Shown one piece after another: positions 1 to 11,146 of a stretch of DNA of 64,000 nucleotides. How positions within the stretch are numbered: position 1 is the first letter of the stretch; every line of letters begins with the position of its first letter. The DNA is from Candidatus Sulfomarinibacteraceae bacterium. GTDB taxonomy: Bacteria; Acidobacteriota; Thermoanaerobaculia; Thermoanaerobaculales; Sulfomarinibacteraceae. The stretch lies in assembly GCA_963796455.1 (NCBI GenBank), contig CAWCLO010000007.1:160001-224000 (forward strand), written 5' to 3'. The notes under the pieces were generated by a model that was not told the DNA's origin, ran no database searches, and worked only from the letters and a program-made list of their open reading frames with translations. The position numbers and the translations under genes are program-made.

Positions 1-2
1 AC

Positions 3-2822
3 CCCATCATGCGTGTCGGGCTCTCCGGATCGAACGAACTGACCAGGCTTCGATTCCTCGCCGAAGAAGACCTCAAACGGGCGATCGAACGCATCGAGGG
101 GGTGGCCGCGGTCGTGGTCTCCGGGGGCCTCGAAGAAGAGATCCAGGTCGAACTCGATGAGCGCAAGATGGCCGCCCTGGGTCTCTCGGTGGGGCAGGTG
201 GCGAGTCGACTGGCGGCTGAAAACGTCAATATCACCGGCGGCAGCCTGCGCGACGGCCACACCGAATACCTGGTCCGCACAATCAACGAGTTTGTCCGGG
301 CAGCGGACATGCAGAACATCGTCGTTCATCGCAACGGCGATGCCATTGTCAGACTGTCGGATGTCGCACGGGTCTTTACGGGCCACAAAGAGCGCGAGAT
401 CATCACCCGGATCGATGGCGCCGAGTCGGTCGAATTGGCGATCTACAAGGAGGGCGGGACCAACACCGTCACTGTGTCCGACGCGGTTTCTCAGCGTCTC
501 GAGGGTCTCCGGACCGAGCTCGGACGAATCGACCCCAATCTTCACGTGGATGTGATCACCGATCAGGCCCGGTACATTCGCCAGGCGGTCCGCGAGGTTC
601 TTGAAACCGCACTTTACGGCGGTCTGCTGTCGGTGCTGGTTCTGTACTTCTTTCTCCGCTCGGTCAAAAAAACTCTGATCATCAGCATCTCGATCCCTGT
701 CTCGGTTGTCGCCACCTTTTTCCTCATGTATGTGGCCGACATCTCACTCAACATCATGTCCCTGGGAGGCCTGACCCTCGGGGTCGGTTTGCTTGTCGAC
801 AATGCAATCGTCGTCCTCGAATCGGTGCAGCGAAAACGAGACGAGGGTCTTGGTGAGGTCGAAGCGGCCCGGGCCGGCACCTCCGAGGTGGGCAGGGCGA
901 TCACCGCATCGACCCTGACAACGATCTGCGTCTTCGTGCCGATCGTCTTCGTCGAGGGAGTGGCCGCGCAGCTCTTCCGCGACCAGGCTCTGACCGTCGC
1001 CTTTTCTCTCGTCGTCTCGCTCATCGTTGCGTTGACCCTGATCCCCATGCTGGCGTCGCGGGAATTCCATCCCACCGAGCCTGCGAGCAATGAGGAGCGG
1101 AAGAAAAACCCTGCTCCTCTGCGCTGGCTGGGATCCGCTGTTTTTGCGCTGACCACCACGATTCTGGGACTTATCCTCGGCGTTGCACACGTCGTCGGTC
1201 GTGTGTTTTCGGCGGTCGCTCGACCCTTCCTCAATCTGTTTGACCGCGGATTAAAGGCCGTTGCAACGGCCTACTCCGGAGCTATCGATCGCGTCCTGAA
1301 GCGGCCCCTGGTCGTTCTGACAGTGACCATCGCCCTCTTGATTCTGAGCCTGGGGCTTTTCCGTACCCTCGGTTCGGAACTCATCCCCGAACTCGTCCAG
1401 GGTGAGTTCTATGCCGACCTCGAGCTCCCACCCGGAACCCGCCTCGAGGTCACCGACCGGCGACTGGTGGAGTTGACCAAAGTCGCCCGCGAGATCGAAG
1501 ACGCCCGCATGGTCTACACCATCGCCGGCACCTCCAACGAACAGGGGGGAACAGCCGGCGAACTGCGCGAATACCTGGGCCAGATGACCATCACTCTCGA
1601 CCCGCCGGTTTCACGGGAGTCCGAAGATGCGGCCATGGAGCGCGTCCGTGAAGCCATCGATGCCGACAACATCATGCTCGGCGGCCCGAGAGAGACCTCA
1701 TCCGGCGCCGAACGTCCACCGATCATGGCCCGCTTCGGCCGGCCCTCGTACTTCAGCTTCAAAACCGCGATCGAGATCGAGATCCGCGGATTCAACCTCG
1801 AGCTCATCAAACGGATCGCCGATGACGTGGTGAGCAGGATGCACAATATCGAAGGCCTGGCCGACATCAATTCTTCCACCGAGGGCGGCCACCCCGAGCT
1901 CCAGATCCACCTTAACCGCGATCGTTTGGCGGCCTACGATCTCGGAGTCTCCGATGTCGCCGCGGTGCTCCGTTCAATGGTTCAGGGCGATATCGCCACC
2001 GATATCTCGCGATCGGATCGAACGATCGACATTCGGATTCGGGCTGCCGAAGAGTTCCGGGCCTCGGGCGAGGCCCTCGAGAACCTGACGGTGACCCACG
2101 TCGGCACCACGACGATTCCCCTTTCAGCAGTGGCGGAAGTCGTCGAACTCGAAGGACCAGCTGAAATCCGGCGCGCCGACGGGACACGAATCGCACGCAT
2201 CACCGCCAATCTCGCCGGCCGCGACCTGGGTTCGGCGACAACCGAAATCAGAACCATGCTCGAGGGCATGAGCTGGCCCTCAGGATACGACTGGCGTCTC
2301 GGCGGCCAGGAGGAAGAAATGGCCACCTCCTTCAGCTCGATGCGACTTGCTTTCGGCCTCGCCGTCTTCATGGTCTACCTGGTCATGGCGTCGCAATTCG
2401 AGAGCCTGCTGCACCCGTTTGTCATTCTCTTCTCGGTTCCTTTCGCAGCAATCGGAGTTTTGATCACCATGTGGCTCTTCGGTGTCACAGTCAGCGTCGT
2501 GTCCTTGATCGGCACGATCCTGTTGGCCGGAATCGTCGTCAATGCGGCGATCGTTCTTGTCGACTACGCCAACCAACTTCGAAAACAGGGCATGCCCAAG
2601 TTGGAAGCCCTTGCCGCGGCCGGCAGAATTCGCCTTCGTCCCATCCTGATGACCACCGCGACGACCGTCTGCGGTTTGTTGCCCATGGCCATCGGCATCG
2701 GCGAGGGCGCCGAATTGAGGACGCCGATGGCATTGACGGTCATTGGCGGGCTGCTGACCTCCACCCTGCTGACGCTGTTGGTCGTGCCTGCGGTGTATGC
2801 GTTGCTGGATCGTCGGAGCTAG
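3..2822 (+). CDS. RND efflux transporter permease subunit (AcrB/AcrD/AcrF family), 5' truncated by window edge
   Basis: Motifs LNIMSLGGLTLGVGLLVDNAIVVLE and RLRPILMTT, plus multiple TM segments. The frame is open from the window start. Confidence 0.95.
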   Translation, partial: PIMRVGLSGSNELTRLRFLAEEDLKRAIERIEGVAAVVVSGGLEEEIQVELDERKMAALGLSVGQVASRLAAENVNITGGSLRDGHTEYLVRTINEFVRAADMQNIVVHRNGDAIVRLSDVARVFTGHKEREIITRIDGAESVELAIYKEGGTNTVTVSDAVSQRLEGLRTELGRIDPNLHVDVITDQARYIRQAVREVLETALYGGLLSVLVLYFFLRSVKKTLIISISIPVSVVATFFLMYVADISLNIMSLGGLTLGVGLLVDNAIVVLESVQRKRDEGLGEVEAARAGTSEVGRAITASTLTTICVFVPIVFVEGVAAQLFRDQALTVAFSLVVSLIVALTLIPMLASREFHPTEPASNEERKKNPAPLRWLGSAVFALTTTILGLILGVAHVVGRVFSAVARPFLNLFDRGLKAVATAYSGAIDRVLKRPLVVLTVTIALLILSLGLFRTLGSELIPELVQGEFYADLELPPGTRLEVTDRRLVELTKVAREIEDARMVYTIAGTSNEQGGTAGELREYLGQMTITLDPPVSRESEDAAMERVREAIDADNIMLGGPRETSSGAERPPIMARFGRPSYFSFKTAIEIEIRGFNLELIKRIADDVVSRMHNIEGLADINSSTEGGHPELQIHLNRDRLAAYDLGVSDVAAVLRSMVQGDIATDISRSDRTIDIRIRAAEEFRASGEALENLTVTHVGTTTIPLSAVAEVVELEGPAEIRRADGTRIARITANLAGRDLGSATTEIRTMLEGMSWPSGYDWRLGGQEEEMATSFSSMRLAFGLAVFMVYLVMASQFESLLHPFVILFSVPFAAIGVLITMWLFGVTVSVVSLIGTILLAGIVVNAAIVLVDYANQLRKQGMPKLEALAAAGRIRLRPILMTTATTVCGLLPMAIGIGEGAELRTPMALTVIGGLLTSTLLTLLVVPAVYALLDRRS

Positions 2823-2825
2823 CGC

Positions 2826-2866
2826 GAATTCTGAGTTCTGAGTTCGGAGTTCGTAGTTCGGAATTC
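2826..2866. repeat. Heptamer microsatellite (GAGTTCN)n
   Basis: gaattctgagttctgagttcggagttcgtagttcggaattc directly after the RND stop codon. Confidence 0.8.
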
Positions 2867-2905
2867 CGGCCCGGTTCTCTACATTCTGCTCATTTGTACT
2901 CGCAA

Positions 2906-3165
2906 CTCTCTTGTCCAGGCCAGAGTCCTGGAAAGCAAACAGGAACAGCGAACAGCACTCACCTCTTTGGGGCTCCGGCCTCAGTGGTGCTGCCGTCTCG
3001 GCCGCACGATGTGCAGGCGAGACGCCTGCACCACCACGACTGTTCCTTCTGTTAAAAGACCTGGAGCAAATCACATCTCCAATTGGACTCCTGATCGCTG
3101 CCGCTGACCTCTGTCGCCGTCGCTGTTCCCTGCCGCTGCTGCTGTTATTTGGACGCGGACTCAGT
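2906..3165 (-). mobile_element. Partial non-autonomous copy (D) of the four-helix-bundle TIR element, REPIN-substituted type
   Basis: Degenerate end ctctcttgtccaggccagagt. Shares acagcgaacagca.tcac.tctt.gggctccggcct, the REPIN, ctgttccttctgt and ttggactcctgatcgctg with copy B (52114-52561). The other terminus is missing. Confidence 0.75.
2984..3034. repeat. REPIN-like doublet of two inverted GTGG-headed hairpins
   Basis: gtggtgctgccgtctcggccgcac-gat-gtgcaggcgagacgcctgcaccac, near-identical to 52254-52308. Confidence 0.8.
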
Positions 3166-3203
3166 GCAACCACGAAGGCACAAAAAACAGAGAGCGATGT
3201 TTG

Positions 3204-3232
3204 ATCTGTGCTCATCTGCGTTATCTGCGGTT
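3204..3232. repeat. ATCTGCG-type periodic repeat module
   Basis: atctgtgctcatctgcgttatctgcggtt; related copies at 32651, 37033 and 50758. Confidence 0.75.
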
Positions 3233-3318
3233 TTTCCGTCTCACGCCCGCGGACCCCCTCCACCCCGCCCACCGCCCCTCAGCTCCTCTGCCCCCCGCCA
3301 GATACGGACGCGGGGCGG

Positions 3319-3359
3319 TTGACCCGTCAAATTGCATGTGGTATACGCATATGCGCATA
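3319..3359 (+). promoter_or_regulatory. Putative sigma70 promoter of argR-argG-argH with overlapping palindrome
   Basis: TTGACC(3319-3324)-17bp-TATACG(3342-3347) with an extended TG. Near-palindrome tatacgcatatgcgcata at 3342-3359. Confidence 0.55.
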
Positions 3360-3368
3360 GTGAAACCA

Positions 3369-3839
3369 ATGCCCCGCGATCGATCCACCACCCGCCGTCT
3401 GCTCATCCGCCGATTCCTGTCGGAGCAGGAAATCTCCAGCCAGGGAGCGCTTGCCGATCTTCTCGAGCAATCGGGGCATCAGGTCACCCAGTCGACAATC
3501 TCTCGCGACCTCGCCGACCTCGGCGCCACAAAAACCGATGAAGGCACCGAACACGAAAGATACGTGCTCAGAAGCGAAGCTCTCCCTGTAGATGAGCACA
3601 CGAGTCGTCTGCGCCGCGCTCTCGAGGATTATCTGCTCGGTGCGATCCCATCAGGAAACATGTTGGTACTGAAGGTGCGGGCCGCAACCGCCGGAGCTGT
3701 GGCGGCGGCGGTCGATGCGATACCACTCGACGGGGTGATTGGAACAATAGCCGGCGACGACACGGTGCTTTTGATAGCCGACAGCCCTCGCGGTGGCAGT
3801 GTCGTCGCCGAAAAGATCATGGAAATATTGGAGGCATGA
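3369..3839 (+). CDS. argR: Arginine repressor
   Basis: [13 protein letters not shown] motif and GTIAGDDT arginine-binding motif. Start 3369 or 3351. Confidence 0.95.
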   Translation: MPRDRSTTRRLLIRRFLSEQEISSQGALADLLEQSGHQVTQSTISRDLADLGATKTDEGTEHERYVLRSEALPVDEHTSRLRRALEDYLLGAIPSGNMLVLKVRAATAGAVAAAVDAIPLDGVIGTIAGDDTVLLIADSPRGGSVVAEKIMEILEA

Positions 3840-3840
3840 A

Positions 3841-5046
3841 GTGAAGGTCGTACTCGCCTATTCCGGAGGTCTGGATACCTCGATCATTCTGCACTGGATC
3901 AAACAAAACTATGACGCCGAGGTCATCGCCTACACCGGCGACGTGGGACAGATCGATGAAGACATGGAGGAGATCAAAGCCGCGGCCTTCAAGACCGGGG
4001 CGTCGCACGCGGTCGTCGATGACCTCCGTGAAGCCCTCGTCTCGGAGTGCGTTTTTCCCGCCCTTCGGGCAAATGCCATCTACGAGGGATACTATCTGCT
4101 GGGAACAGCCCTGGCGCGACCGGTGATCGCCCGCGGACTGGTCGAGACCGCCGCAGAATACGGCGCAGATGCCATCGCCCACGGCGCCACCGGCAAGGGC
4201 AATGATCAAGTTCGCTTCGAGCTCTCGGCCTACGCCTTGCAACCCGAGATCAAGATCATCTCGCCGTGGCGGGAGTGGGACATGAAGGGCCGTTCCGATC
4301 TCCTGGCCTATGCCGAGAAACACGGGGTGCCGATCCCGGCGGCCCCGAAACCCGCTTATTCCATGGACGCCAATCTGATGCACGTGTCATACGAAGGCGG
4401 GGTCCTCGAGGACCCGTGGGCCAGCCCACCCGAGGGAATGTTCCGCATGACCACCGACCCCGGTGATGCTCCGGACACCCCCGAAATCATCACCATTCGT
4501 TTCGACCGCGGCGTTCCTACCCACGTCAATGGCGAGATCATGGGTCCCGTGACTTTGCTCGAGACCCTGAATTCGATCGGCGGCCGGCACGGTGTCGGTC
4601 GGATCGACATCGTCGAAAACCGTTTTCTCGGAATGAAGAGCCGGGGCGTCTACGAAACTCCGGGCGGCACGATCCTCCACCACGCCCACCGCGCAGTCGA
4701 ATCGATCACCCTCGATCGTGAAGTGCAGCACCTCCGCGACGAACTGGTCCCGAGGTACGCTGAAATGGTGTACAACGGTCTCTGGTTCAGCCCTGAACGC
4801 GAAGCCCTGCAGAGCTTTATGGACACGGTGCAGGTCCGGGTGAACGGCGAGGCCCGGCTCAAGCTCTACAAAGGGAACATCATCATCGAAGGTCGCAAAT
4901 CGGATACCCACACCCTTTACGACGAGGCGGTGGCCACATTCGAGGCCGACGATGTCTACGACCAGGCGGACGCCGCCGGATTCATCCGGCTCAATGCGCT
5001 GCGGCTGCGCACTCTGGGCGGCAAGAGGATTTCGGAGGGCGAATGA
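3841..5046 (+). CDS. argG: Argininosuccinate synthase
   Basis: [23 protein letters not shown] and [12 protein letters not shown] motifs. GTG start after GGAGG. Confidence 0.97.
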   Translation: MKVVLAYSGGLDTSIILHWIKQNYDAEVIAYTGDVGQIDEDMEEIKAAAFKTGASHAVVDDLREALVSECVFPALRANAIYEGYYLLGTALARPVIARGLVETAAEYGADAIAHGATGKGNDQVRFELSAYALQPEIKIISPWREWDMKGRSDLLAYAEKHGVPIPAAPKPAYSMDANLMHVSYEGGVLEDPWASPPEGMFRMTTDPGDAPDTPEIITIRFDRGVPTHVNGEIMGPVTLLETLNSIGGRHGVGRIDIVENRFLGMKSRGVYETPGGTILHHAHRAVESITLDREVQHLRDELVPRYAEMVYNGLWFSPEREALQSFMDTVQVRVNGEARLKLYKGNIIIEGRKSDTHTLYDEAVATFEADDVYDQADAAGFIRLNALRLRTLGGKRISEGE

Positions 5047-6440
5047 GCTTGCTACGAACTCTATTTGAAGGTGATGTCGACCTCTTGTTCGAACACTACG
5101 CATCGTCTCTGGAACAGGATATGTGGATCGCCGAACACGATCTCGATGGATCCATCGCCCATGTGACCATGCTCGGGGAGGTCGGCGTCCTCGACGCCGA
5201 TACGGCGGCCAGGCTCGGCGAAGGCCTGCGGCAGATTCGCAATGAATTGCTGGCCGGCGAATGGGCCCCGGACGCTTCGCAAGAGGACATTCACATGGCC
5301 GTCGAAGCACGATTGACCGAAATCGTTGGCGAAGCCGGCGGCATGCTTCACACCGCCCGGTCGCGCAATGACCAGGTCGCCACAGATGTTCGCCTGTGGC
5401 TCAAGGACCACCTCACAATTCTTGCCGATGCCGTCCGCGAGCTGATCCTGGTCCTGGTGGATCGCACCGAAAAGGACGGTCAAACCCTGATTCCGGGCTA
5501 CACCCACCTCCAGCGCGGCCAGCCGATCCTCCTCGGTCATCATGTACTCGCCCATGCCTGGGCACTGAGCCGGGACCGCGATCGCCTGCTCGATGCCGTC
5601 GCCAGAATCGATCACAATCCACTTGGAGCTGGAGCCATGGCCGGGTCTCCCTACCCGGTCGATCGTCACCGTACCGCCAAGTTGCTGGGTTTTCACGGGG
5701 TTATCGAAAACGCGATGGACGCGGTCGCGGCAAAGGACCACCTCCAGGAAGCGGTTTCCGCCTGTGCCATTTGTATGTCTCAGGTGTCGCGGATGGCCGA
5801 AGAACTCGTTCTGTGGTCGAGCTCGGAGTTCGCCCTCGTGCGTTTGTCCGACAGCCACACCACGAGCTCCAGCATCATGCCTCAGAAACGTAACCCCGAC
5901 GGGGCCGAGTTGATTCGCGGCCAGGTGGGAACGGTTTTTGGCCATCTGCAGGCGCTTCTGGTCCTCACCAAGGCCCTGCCGCTCTCGTACAACCGGGATT
6001 TGCAACAGGAGAGGCGACCATTGGTCGAATCGGTCATCCAGACCACGGCTTCGGTCCGGTTGATGGCGGCCATGTGGCGCGAGCTCGATGTCTTGACCGA
6101 CCGCTTCGAACGGGAGCTTTATGGTGATTTCTGTCTCGCCACCGAACTCGCCGATGCTCTGGTGGCCCAGGGAGTTCCGTTTCGCGAGGCCCACCACGCA
6201 GTCGGGCAGGCGGTCAGATGGTGCGAGGAACAGGGCGGAAACCTGACTTTGTTGGACGGTGGGACGGCAGCTCGGTTCCATCCGGGATTCCCGAATCGCC
6301 TCGACGAATGGCTCGATCCCCGGCGGGCGGTCGAACGGCGCACCTCCCACGGCGGAACCGCACCCGAAGAAGTCGAACGACAGGTGGCGTTGCTCCGCCA
6401 ACGCCTGGGGACCCGGGGCGATAACGAATCTCCCGGATGA
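5043..6440 (+). CDS. argH: Argininosuccinate lyase
   Basis: [18 protein letters not shown] and [11 protein letters not shown] motifs; follows argG. Confidence 0.97.
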   Translation: MSLLRTLFEGDVDLLFEHYASSLEQDMWIAEHDLDGSIAHVTMLGEVGVLDADTAARLGEGLRQIRNELLAGEWAPDASQEDIHMAVEARLTEIVGEAGGMLHTARSRNDQVATDVRLWLKDHLTILADAVRELILVLVDRTEKDGQTLIPGYTHLQRGQPILLGHHVLAHAWALSRDRDRLLDAVARIDHNPLGAGAMAGSPYPVDRHRTAKLLGFHGVIENAMDAVAAKDHLQEAVSACAICMSQVSRMAEELVLWSSSEFALVRLSDSHTTSSSIMPQKRNPDGAELIRGQVGTVFGHLQALLVLTKALPLSYNRDLQQERRPLVESVIQTTASVRLMAAMWRELDVLTDRFERELYGDFCLATELADALVAQGVPFREAHHAVGQAVRWCEEQGGNLTLLDGGTAARFHPGFPNRLDEWLDPRRAVERRTSHGGTAPEEVERQVALLRQRLGTRGDNESPG

Positions 6441-8791
6441 CGGTCTTCTCAGACCACACGGAAGCAAAAGAACAAGAGTCTCAGAAAGAGAACTTCCGGA
6501 GCGACGATCCGTACTTCTCCCGATTGGACGACCGAAGGGCTCCGGGGGATCACCAATTGTTCAGACAATCCAACTTCAGCGTCTTCGCCACGCTCCTCTG
6601 TCTCGTCTTCCCGGCCTTTGCTCAGGAATCCACCAAACCCACCCCCGAGGCCATGGCACGACAGATTCCTCGGACTGACTCGTCGATCCAAATCGACGGG
6701 CGCCTGGACGAGCCTGCCTGGGAAAACGCGTGGTCGATGACCCTCGACTACGAGGTAAGCCCGGGAGAGAACACGCCGGCACTCGCTCAGACCGAAGTCT
6801 TCGTGATGTTCGACTCGAATCGACTCTACGTCGGTTTCAAGGCCCACGACCCCGACCCTTCCGCCATCCGGGCACACCTGACCGATCGCGACCAGGCTTG
6901 GTCCGATGACTGGGTCGGAGTTGTCCTCGACACCTTTAACGACGAGCGGCGCGACTATCTTTTCGTCGTCAATCCGCTCGGAGTCCAGATGGACGTCATC
7001 GAGGTCGAAGATTCCCACGGCACACCATGGGACGGTATCTGGAAGTCTGCCGCCACCATCACCGAGTGGGGATGGTCGACGGAATTCGAGATTCCGTTTT
7101 CGACCCTTCGCTTCCAGCGCAGCGAGGATTCACAGATCTGGGGATTCGACGCGATCAGACAGTACCCCAGAAATGTCACCCACCAAATGGGCACGTTTCC
7201 TCGCGACCGCAGCAACAACTGCTATCTGTGCCAGGCGATAAAAATCGAGGGCTTCGCGGGAGTCTCACCAGGCCGGAATGTGGAAATCGTTCCAACCCTC
7301 ACCGCCGGCAGGACAGACATTCGCGACGATTTTCCTGACGGCCCTCTCGAGACTGGAGACTCCGATTTCGAGCTCGGGGTCACCGGACGCTGGGGCTTCA
7401 CCCCGAATCTCACCCTGAGCGTCGCGATCAACCCCGATTTTTCGCAGGTCGAGGCCGATGCCAGACAGCTCCGTGTCAACCGGCCCTTTGCCATCTTTTT
7501 TCCAGAACTACGGCCGTTCTTCATGGAGGGCGCCGACTATTTCGACACCCTGGAGGATGTTGTCTACACGCGAGTGATGCGCGACCCTGCGTGGGGTCTC
7601 AAGCTGACCGGCAAGGAGGGGCCGCACACCATCGGCGCCTACGTGGTCGAAGATCAGATCACCAACCTCATCATCCCCGGCAGTCAGAACTCGGACTACG
7701 CCTCGCTCGATCGCAACAACCGGGCGACGGTCCTGCGCTACAAATACGACATCGGAAACAAAATCACCCTCGGTGGTTTGTTCACCAACCGGGACGGCGA
7801 CGACTATCTCAACCGTGTTGCCGCTCTCGACGGAGACTTCCGCATCACTCCCAGAGACAGGGTTCTCGTCCAGATCCTCGGATCGACCACCGACTACCCG
7901 GAGGAGGTCGTCGAGGATTTCGACCAGCCTGAAGGGAGTTTCAGCGATTGGGCCGGGACCGTCTATTATTCCCACCAGACCCGGACCTGGGGTTGGTGGG
8001 CGGTCTACTCAGACTTTGGCACCGGTTTCCGTGCCGATCTGGGATTCATTCCCCAGGTCGACTACAAACACCGGGAGGCCGGTCTGAGCTACCAGTGGAA
8101 CGCCACCGAAACCAGCTGGTACTCCCGCCTCGACATCAAGGCCAAGGTCGCCGACACCGTCGATCAGCGCGGCTTTCTGCTCTTTCACGAAGACGTCGTC
8201 CAATTCACTGTCGAAGGGCCGCTGCAATCACACTCGGTCATCCGACCGAGCGTCGTTCGCGAGGGCTACAACGGAGAACAATTCGACTTCAACCGCCTCC
8301 GGCTCCACCTTTGCGGAAACCCCAACGGCCACAGCCACGCCTACTTCAATCTTCATTTCGGCGGCCAGGTCGACTATGCCAACACCCGGCCGGGCGATTT
8401 CGTCAATCTCGACGCCGGTATCTCCTATCGCCTCGGACGCCACTTCTTTATCGAACCGAAATACACTCGCGAGCGGATGGAGGTGGACGAGGGTTGGCTC
8501 TACACCTCCACCATCGGCCAGATCCAGACCTCGTGGCAATTCAACGCACGGTGCTTTGTGCGACTCATCCTGCAGCACGTCGACAATCGCTTCAACACCG
8601 ATCTCTACACCGACGACCGGCGTCCGAAATCCGAAGATCTGTTCGGCCAGTTCCTCTTCTCCTACAAGGTCAACCCACGCACCGTCCTGTTTGTCGGATA
8701 CTCAGAAAATTCCGTCGGAACCGATGAGTACGCTCTGACGACGAAAGATCGCACCGTCTTTGCCAAGATAGGTTATGCGTGGGTGTTCTAA
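6437..8791 (+). CDS. CBM9-like/DUF5916 outer-membrane-type protein
   Basis: IDGRLDEPAW N-terminal sugar-binding-like domain, NPDFSQVEAD and FFPELRPFFMEG motifs, and an aromatic C-terminus (GYAWVF). Start uncertain. Confidence 0.8.
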   Translation: MTVFSDHTEAKEQESQKENFRSDDPYFSRLDDRRAPGDHQLFRQSNFSVFATLLCLVFPAFAQESTKPTPEAMARQIPRTDSSIQIDGRLDEPAWENAWSMTLDYEVSPGENTPALAQTEVFVMFDSNRLYVGFKAHDPDPSAIRAHLTDRDQAWSDDWVGVVLDTFNDERRDYLFVVNPLGVQMDVIEVEDSHGTPWDGIWKSAATITEWGWSTEFEIPFSTLRFQRSEDSQIWGFDAIRQYPRNVTHQMGTFPRDRSNNCYLCQAIKIEGFAGVSPGRNVEIVPTLTAGRTDIRDDFPDGPLETGDSDFELGVTGRWGFTPNLTLSVAINPDFSQVEADARQLRVNRPFAIFFPELRPFFMEGADYFDTLEDVVYTRVMRDPAWGLKLTGKEGPHTIGAYVVEDQITNLIIPGSQNSDYASLDRNNRATVLRYKYDIGNKITLGGLFTNRDGDDYLNRVAALDGDFRITPRDRVLVQILGSTTDYPEEVVEDFDQPEGSFSDWAGTVYYSHQTRTWGWWAVYSDFGTGFRADLGFIPQVDYKHREAGLSYQWNATETSWYSRLDIKAKVADTVDQRGFLLFHEDVVQFTVEGPLQSHSVIRPSVVREGYNGEQFDFNRLRLHLCGNPNGHSHAYFNLHFGGQVDYANTRPGDFVNLDAGISYRLGRHFFIEPKYTRERMEVDEGWLYTSTIGQIQTSWQFNARCFVRLILQHVDNRFNTDLYTDDRRPKSEDLFGQFLFSYKVNPRTVLFVGYSENSVGTDEYALTTKDRTVFAKIGYAWVF

Positions 8792-8851
8792 AGACCTCGA
8801 GGACCTGCGGGCCTGCCGGTCGCGTCGACCCTCGATCCCTCCCCAGGTCAT

Positions 8852-9313
8852 CTAATCATCGAATTTCGACCACGAAATGCGGGGCTGATCGGTGAAGCGG
8901 ATGGTGTTCTCCTCAGAATCGAGCAGAACATCCCGAATATGCCGGGTACCTGCCATGTCTTTGTAGTACACCGTGTGTTGGTTCAAATCACCGACCCGTT
9001 CGACGTCGCTTCCGATGACGTTGTTCTTCACGCTGTCGGTTCCGCCGGTTCCAAAGACGACGAAATTTCGCCGGAATTCGACATAAAATTCGGATTTTTC
9101 GGGGTCGTTACAGGTCCACAGGCCCACTAATTGGGGATGAATCTCCGCCAACTGAGGTTTTTCGTGCAGGACGAGGCGTCCGACAAACACCGCGATCAGG
9201 GCCGCCAGTGCAAGCGCTACCAGGATCCTCGGAGTGGTCAGAAATCCTTCAGATTCCTCTTTTTCCGGTTCGTCGAATTCGTCGAACTCATCCCAGTCGT
9301 CTCCGAACTGCAT
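8852..9313 (-). CDS. Hypothetical single-TM membrane protein
   Basis: 153-aa ORF with an acidic N-terminus and one hydrophobic segment; fills the gap downstream of hbd. Confidence 0.7.
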   Translation of the reverse strand: MQFGDDWDEFDEFDEPEKEESEGFLTTPRILVALALAALIAVFVGRLVLHEKPQLAEIHPQLVGLWTCNDPEKSEFYVEFRRNFVVFGTGGTDSVKNNVIGSDVERVGDLNQHTVYYKDMAGTRHIRDVLLDSEENTIRFTDQPRISWSKFDD

Positions 9314-9363
9314 GATTCCCGCCCTTCGAAAGACCCTGCCGACCGAGATCCAGCAGCATCCCC

Positions 9364-10287
9364 CTACTTAATACGATACCGCGCCACGTCTGGATTGACG
9401 CCCGCCGCCTTGTATTTCTCCCACGAATAAAAACCTGATCCCGTCTTGGCACCCAACTGTCCCGACTCGACGAGGCGCTTGAGCAGGGGGCTCGGCTTGT
9501 AGAAACTCCCGAGTTCTTCCTCGATGACTTCGCAGATAAACAGCATTGTATCGAGACCGACATAATCCGCGGTCATCAAAGGCCCCATCTTGTGCCCCAA
9601 GCAATAGGTGCACTTGTCGACATCGTCGACGCTGGCGATCCCCTCTTCAACCACTCGAATGGCCTCGTTGACGAAGGGGACAAACATGCGGTTAATGGCG
9701 AATCCCGCCTTGTCCTCGGCCGGAATCTCGATCTTGCCAAGATCGTGAACCAAGGCGACAACCGTGTTGTAGGTCCCATCAGAGGTCGCCAATCCGCGGA
9801 TGATTTCGACACCCTTCTGCATCGGCACGGGGTTCATGAAGTGCATACCCATGAATTTTTCGGGTTGACCGTAGGCCGCACCCAGACGGGTGATGCTGAT
9901 TCCCGAGGTATTGGACACCAGGATCTTGTCGTATCCATTGCCGGCGAGTTCCTGGTTGATCTTCTCCTTGAGTTCCGGCCGCTCGGGCACCGCTTCGATG
10001 ATCAGGTCACAGTCGAGAATACCCTCCACCGAAGCGGTCGTGCTGAGACGCCCCACCGCTTCCTGTTTTGCCTCGTCGGTGATCCCCTTTTCGCCACCGG
10101 ATTTTTCAAAGGCCTTGACGAGACGGTCGAGGCTTCGGTTGATCGCATCCATTCCGCGTTCGAGTACGTCGGCATTGACATCCATCACCACGGTTTCGAA
10201 GCCGCTCTGCGCAACCACTTGCGAGATGCCATTGCCCATGGTCCCGATCCCGATGACGCCGATCTTTTTGAGTCCGCTTTCCGACAT
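9364..10287 (-). CDS. hbd: 3-hydroxyacyl(butyryl)-CoA dehydrogenase
   Basis: GIGTMGNGI Rossmann motif, SNTSGIS, GMHFMNPVP and MGPLMTADYVGLD. ATG after GGAGG. Confidence 0.93.
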   Translation of the reverse strand: MSESGLKKIGVIGIGTMGNGISQVVAQSGFETVVMDVNADVLERGMDAINRSLDRLVKAFEKSGGEKGITDEAKQEAVGRLSTTASVEGILDCDLIIEAVPERPELKEKINQELAGNGYDKILVSNTSGISITRLGAAYGQPEKFMGMHFMNPVPMQKGVEIIRGLATSDGTYNTVVALVHDLGKIEIPAEDKAGFAINRMFVPFVNEAIRVVEEGIASVDDVDKCTYCLGHKMGPLMTADYVGLDTMLFICEVIEEELGSFYKPSPLLKRLVESGQLGAKTGSGFYSWEKYKAAGVNPDVARYRIK

Positions 10288-10359
10288 TGATTCCTCCTTC
10301 AACAGATCCCCGATATTTTACGCCTTTCTGGCTGGGCGCGCAGGAATCGTATTCAGAGG

Positions 10360-10467
10360 CTCGATACTCGATACTCGATTCATCTACCACGCGAGCACGG
10401 TCCAGTGGAAAAACCTGCCTTTTCACCGAATCGAGTCTCGAGAATCGAGAATCGAGAATCCAGGATC
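10360..10467. repeat. Inverted pair of heptamer microsatellites (CTCGATA)n / (AATCGAG)n
   Basis: ctcgatactcgatactcgattc (10360-10381) faces gaatcgagtctcgagaatcgagaatcgagaatccaggatc (10428-10467). Confidence 0.8.
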
Positions 10468-10470
10468 TGG

Positions 10471-10499
10471 TTGACCTCACACCTTGCGACCGGTATACA
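10471..10499 (+). promoter_or_regulatory. Putative sigma70 promoter for the Sua5/YciO gene
   Basis: TTGACC-17bp-TATACA about 30 nt upstream of the start codon. Confidence 0.5.
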
Positions 10500-10528
10500 C
10501 GTTTGGCCCCTGATGGGCCGGAGTGTCA

Positions 10529-11146
10529 GTGATTCTCGAAATCGATCCCGTCGAGCCGGAACCGTGGCTGTTGGTTCGCGCTGCAAAGGTGCTGCGCGAA
10601 GGGGGGATCGTTGTGTCGCCTACCGACACCGTCTACGGGTTGACCTGCGGCATCACCCACCACGATGCGATCCGCCGGATCTACAAGCTCAAGGACATGG
10701 ACCCGAAAAAACCGCTGTCGATTCTCGTCGGCGATATGACGATGGTCGGGCGCTACGCAAAAGGGGTCTCGACCCCCGCCTTCCGGCTCCTCAAGCGCGT
10801 GCTGCCCGGACCCTACACCTTTATTTTTGAGGCGACATCCGAGGTTCCAAAAATCATGCTTCGCAAACGGCGCACCATTGGAATCCGCATGCCCGACAAC
10901 CCGATCATTCTCGCTTTGCTCGAGGAGATGGGTGAGCCCCTCCTCTCGTCGTCGATCCTCGACCCCGAGAACGAGTTCGTCAATGATCCGGAAGAAATCG
11001 AACAATCCCTCGGACGCAATGTGGAGATGGTGATCGACGGCGGGATCCTGCTGCCACTGCCATCGACCGTGGTCGATCTTTCGGGCGACGGGCCGGTTCT
11101 CATTCGAGAGGGCAAAGGCGACGTCGAACTGCTCGAGTTGTTTTAG
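10529..11146 (+). CDS. L-threonylcarbamoyladenylate synthase family protein (Sua5/YciO/YrdC)
   Basis: PTDTVYGL, LPGPYTFI, TIGIRMPD and PSTVVDL motifs. GTG start at 10529 (after GGAG) or 10523. Confidence 0.93.
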   Translation: MILEIDPVEPEPWLLVRAAKVLREGGIVVSPTDTVYGLTCGITHHDAIRRIYKLKDMDPKKPLSILVGDMTMVGRYAKGVSTPAFRLLKRVLPGPYTFIFEATSEVPKIMLRKRRTIGIRMPDNPIILALLEEMGEPLLSSSILDPENEFVNDPEEIEQSLGRNVEMVIDGGILLPLPSTVVDLSGDGPVLIREGKGDVELLELF

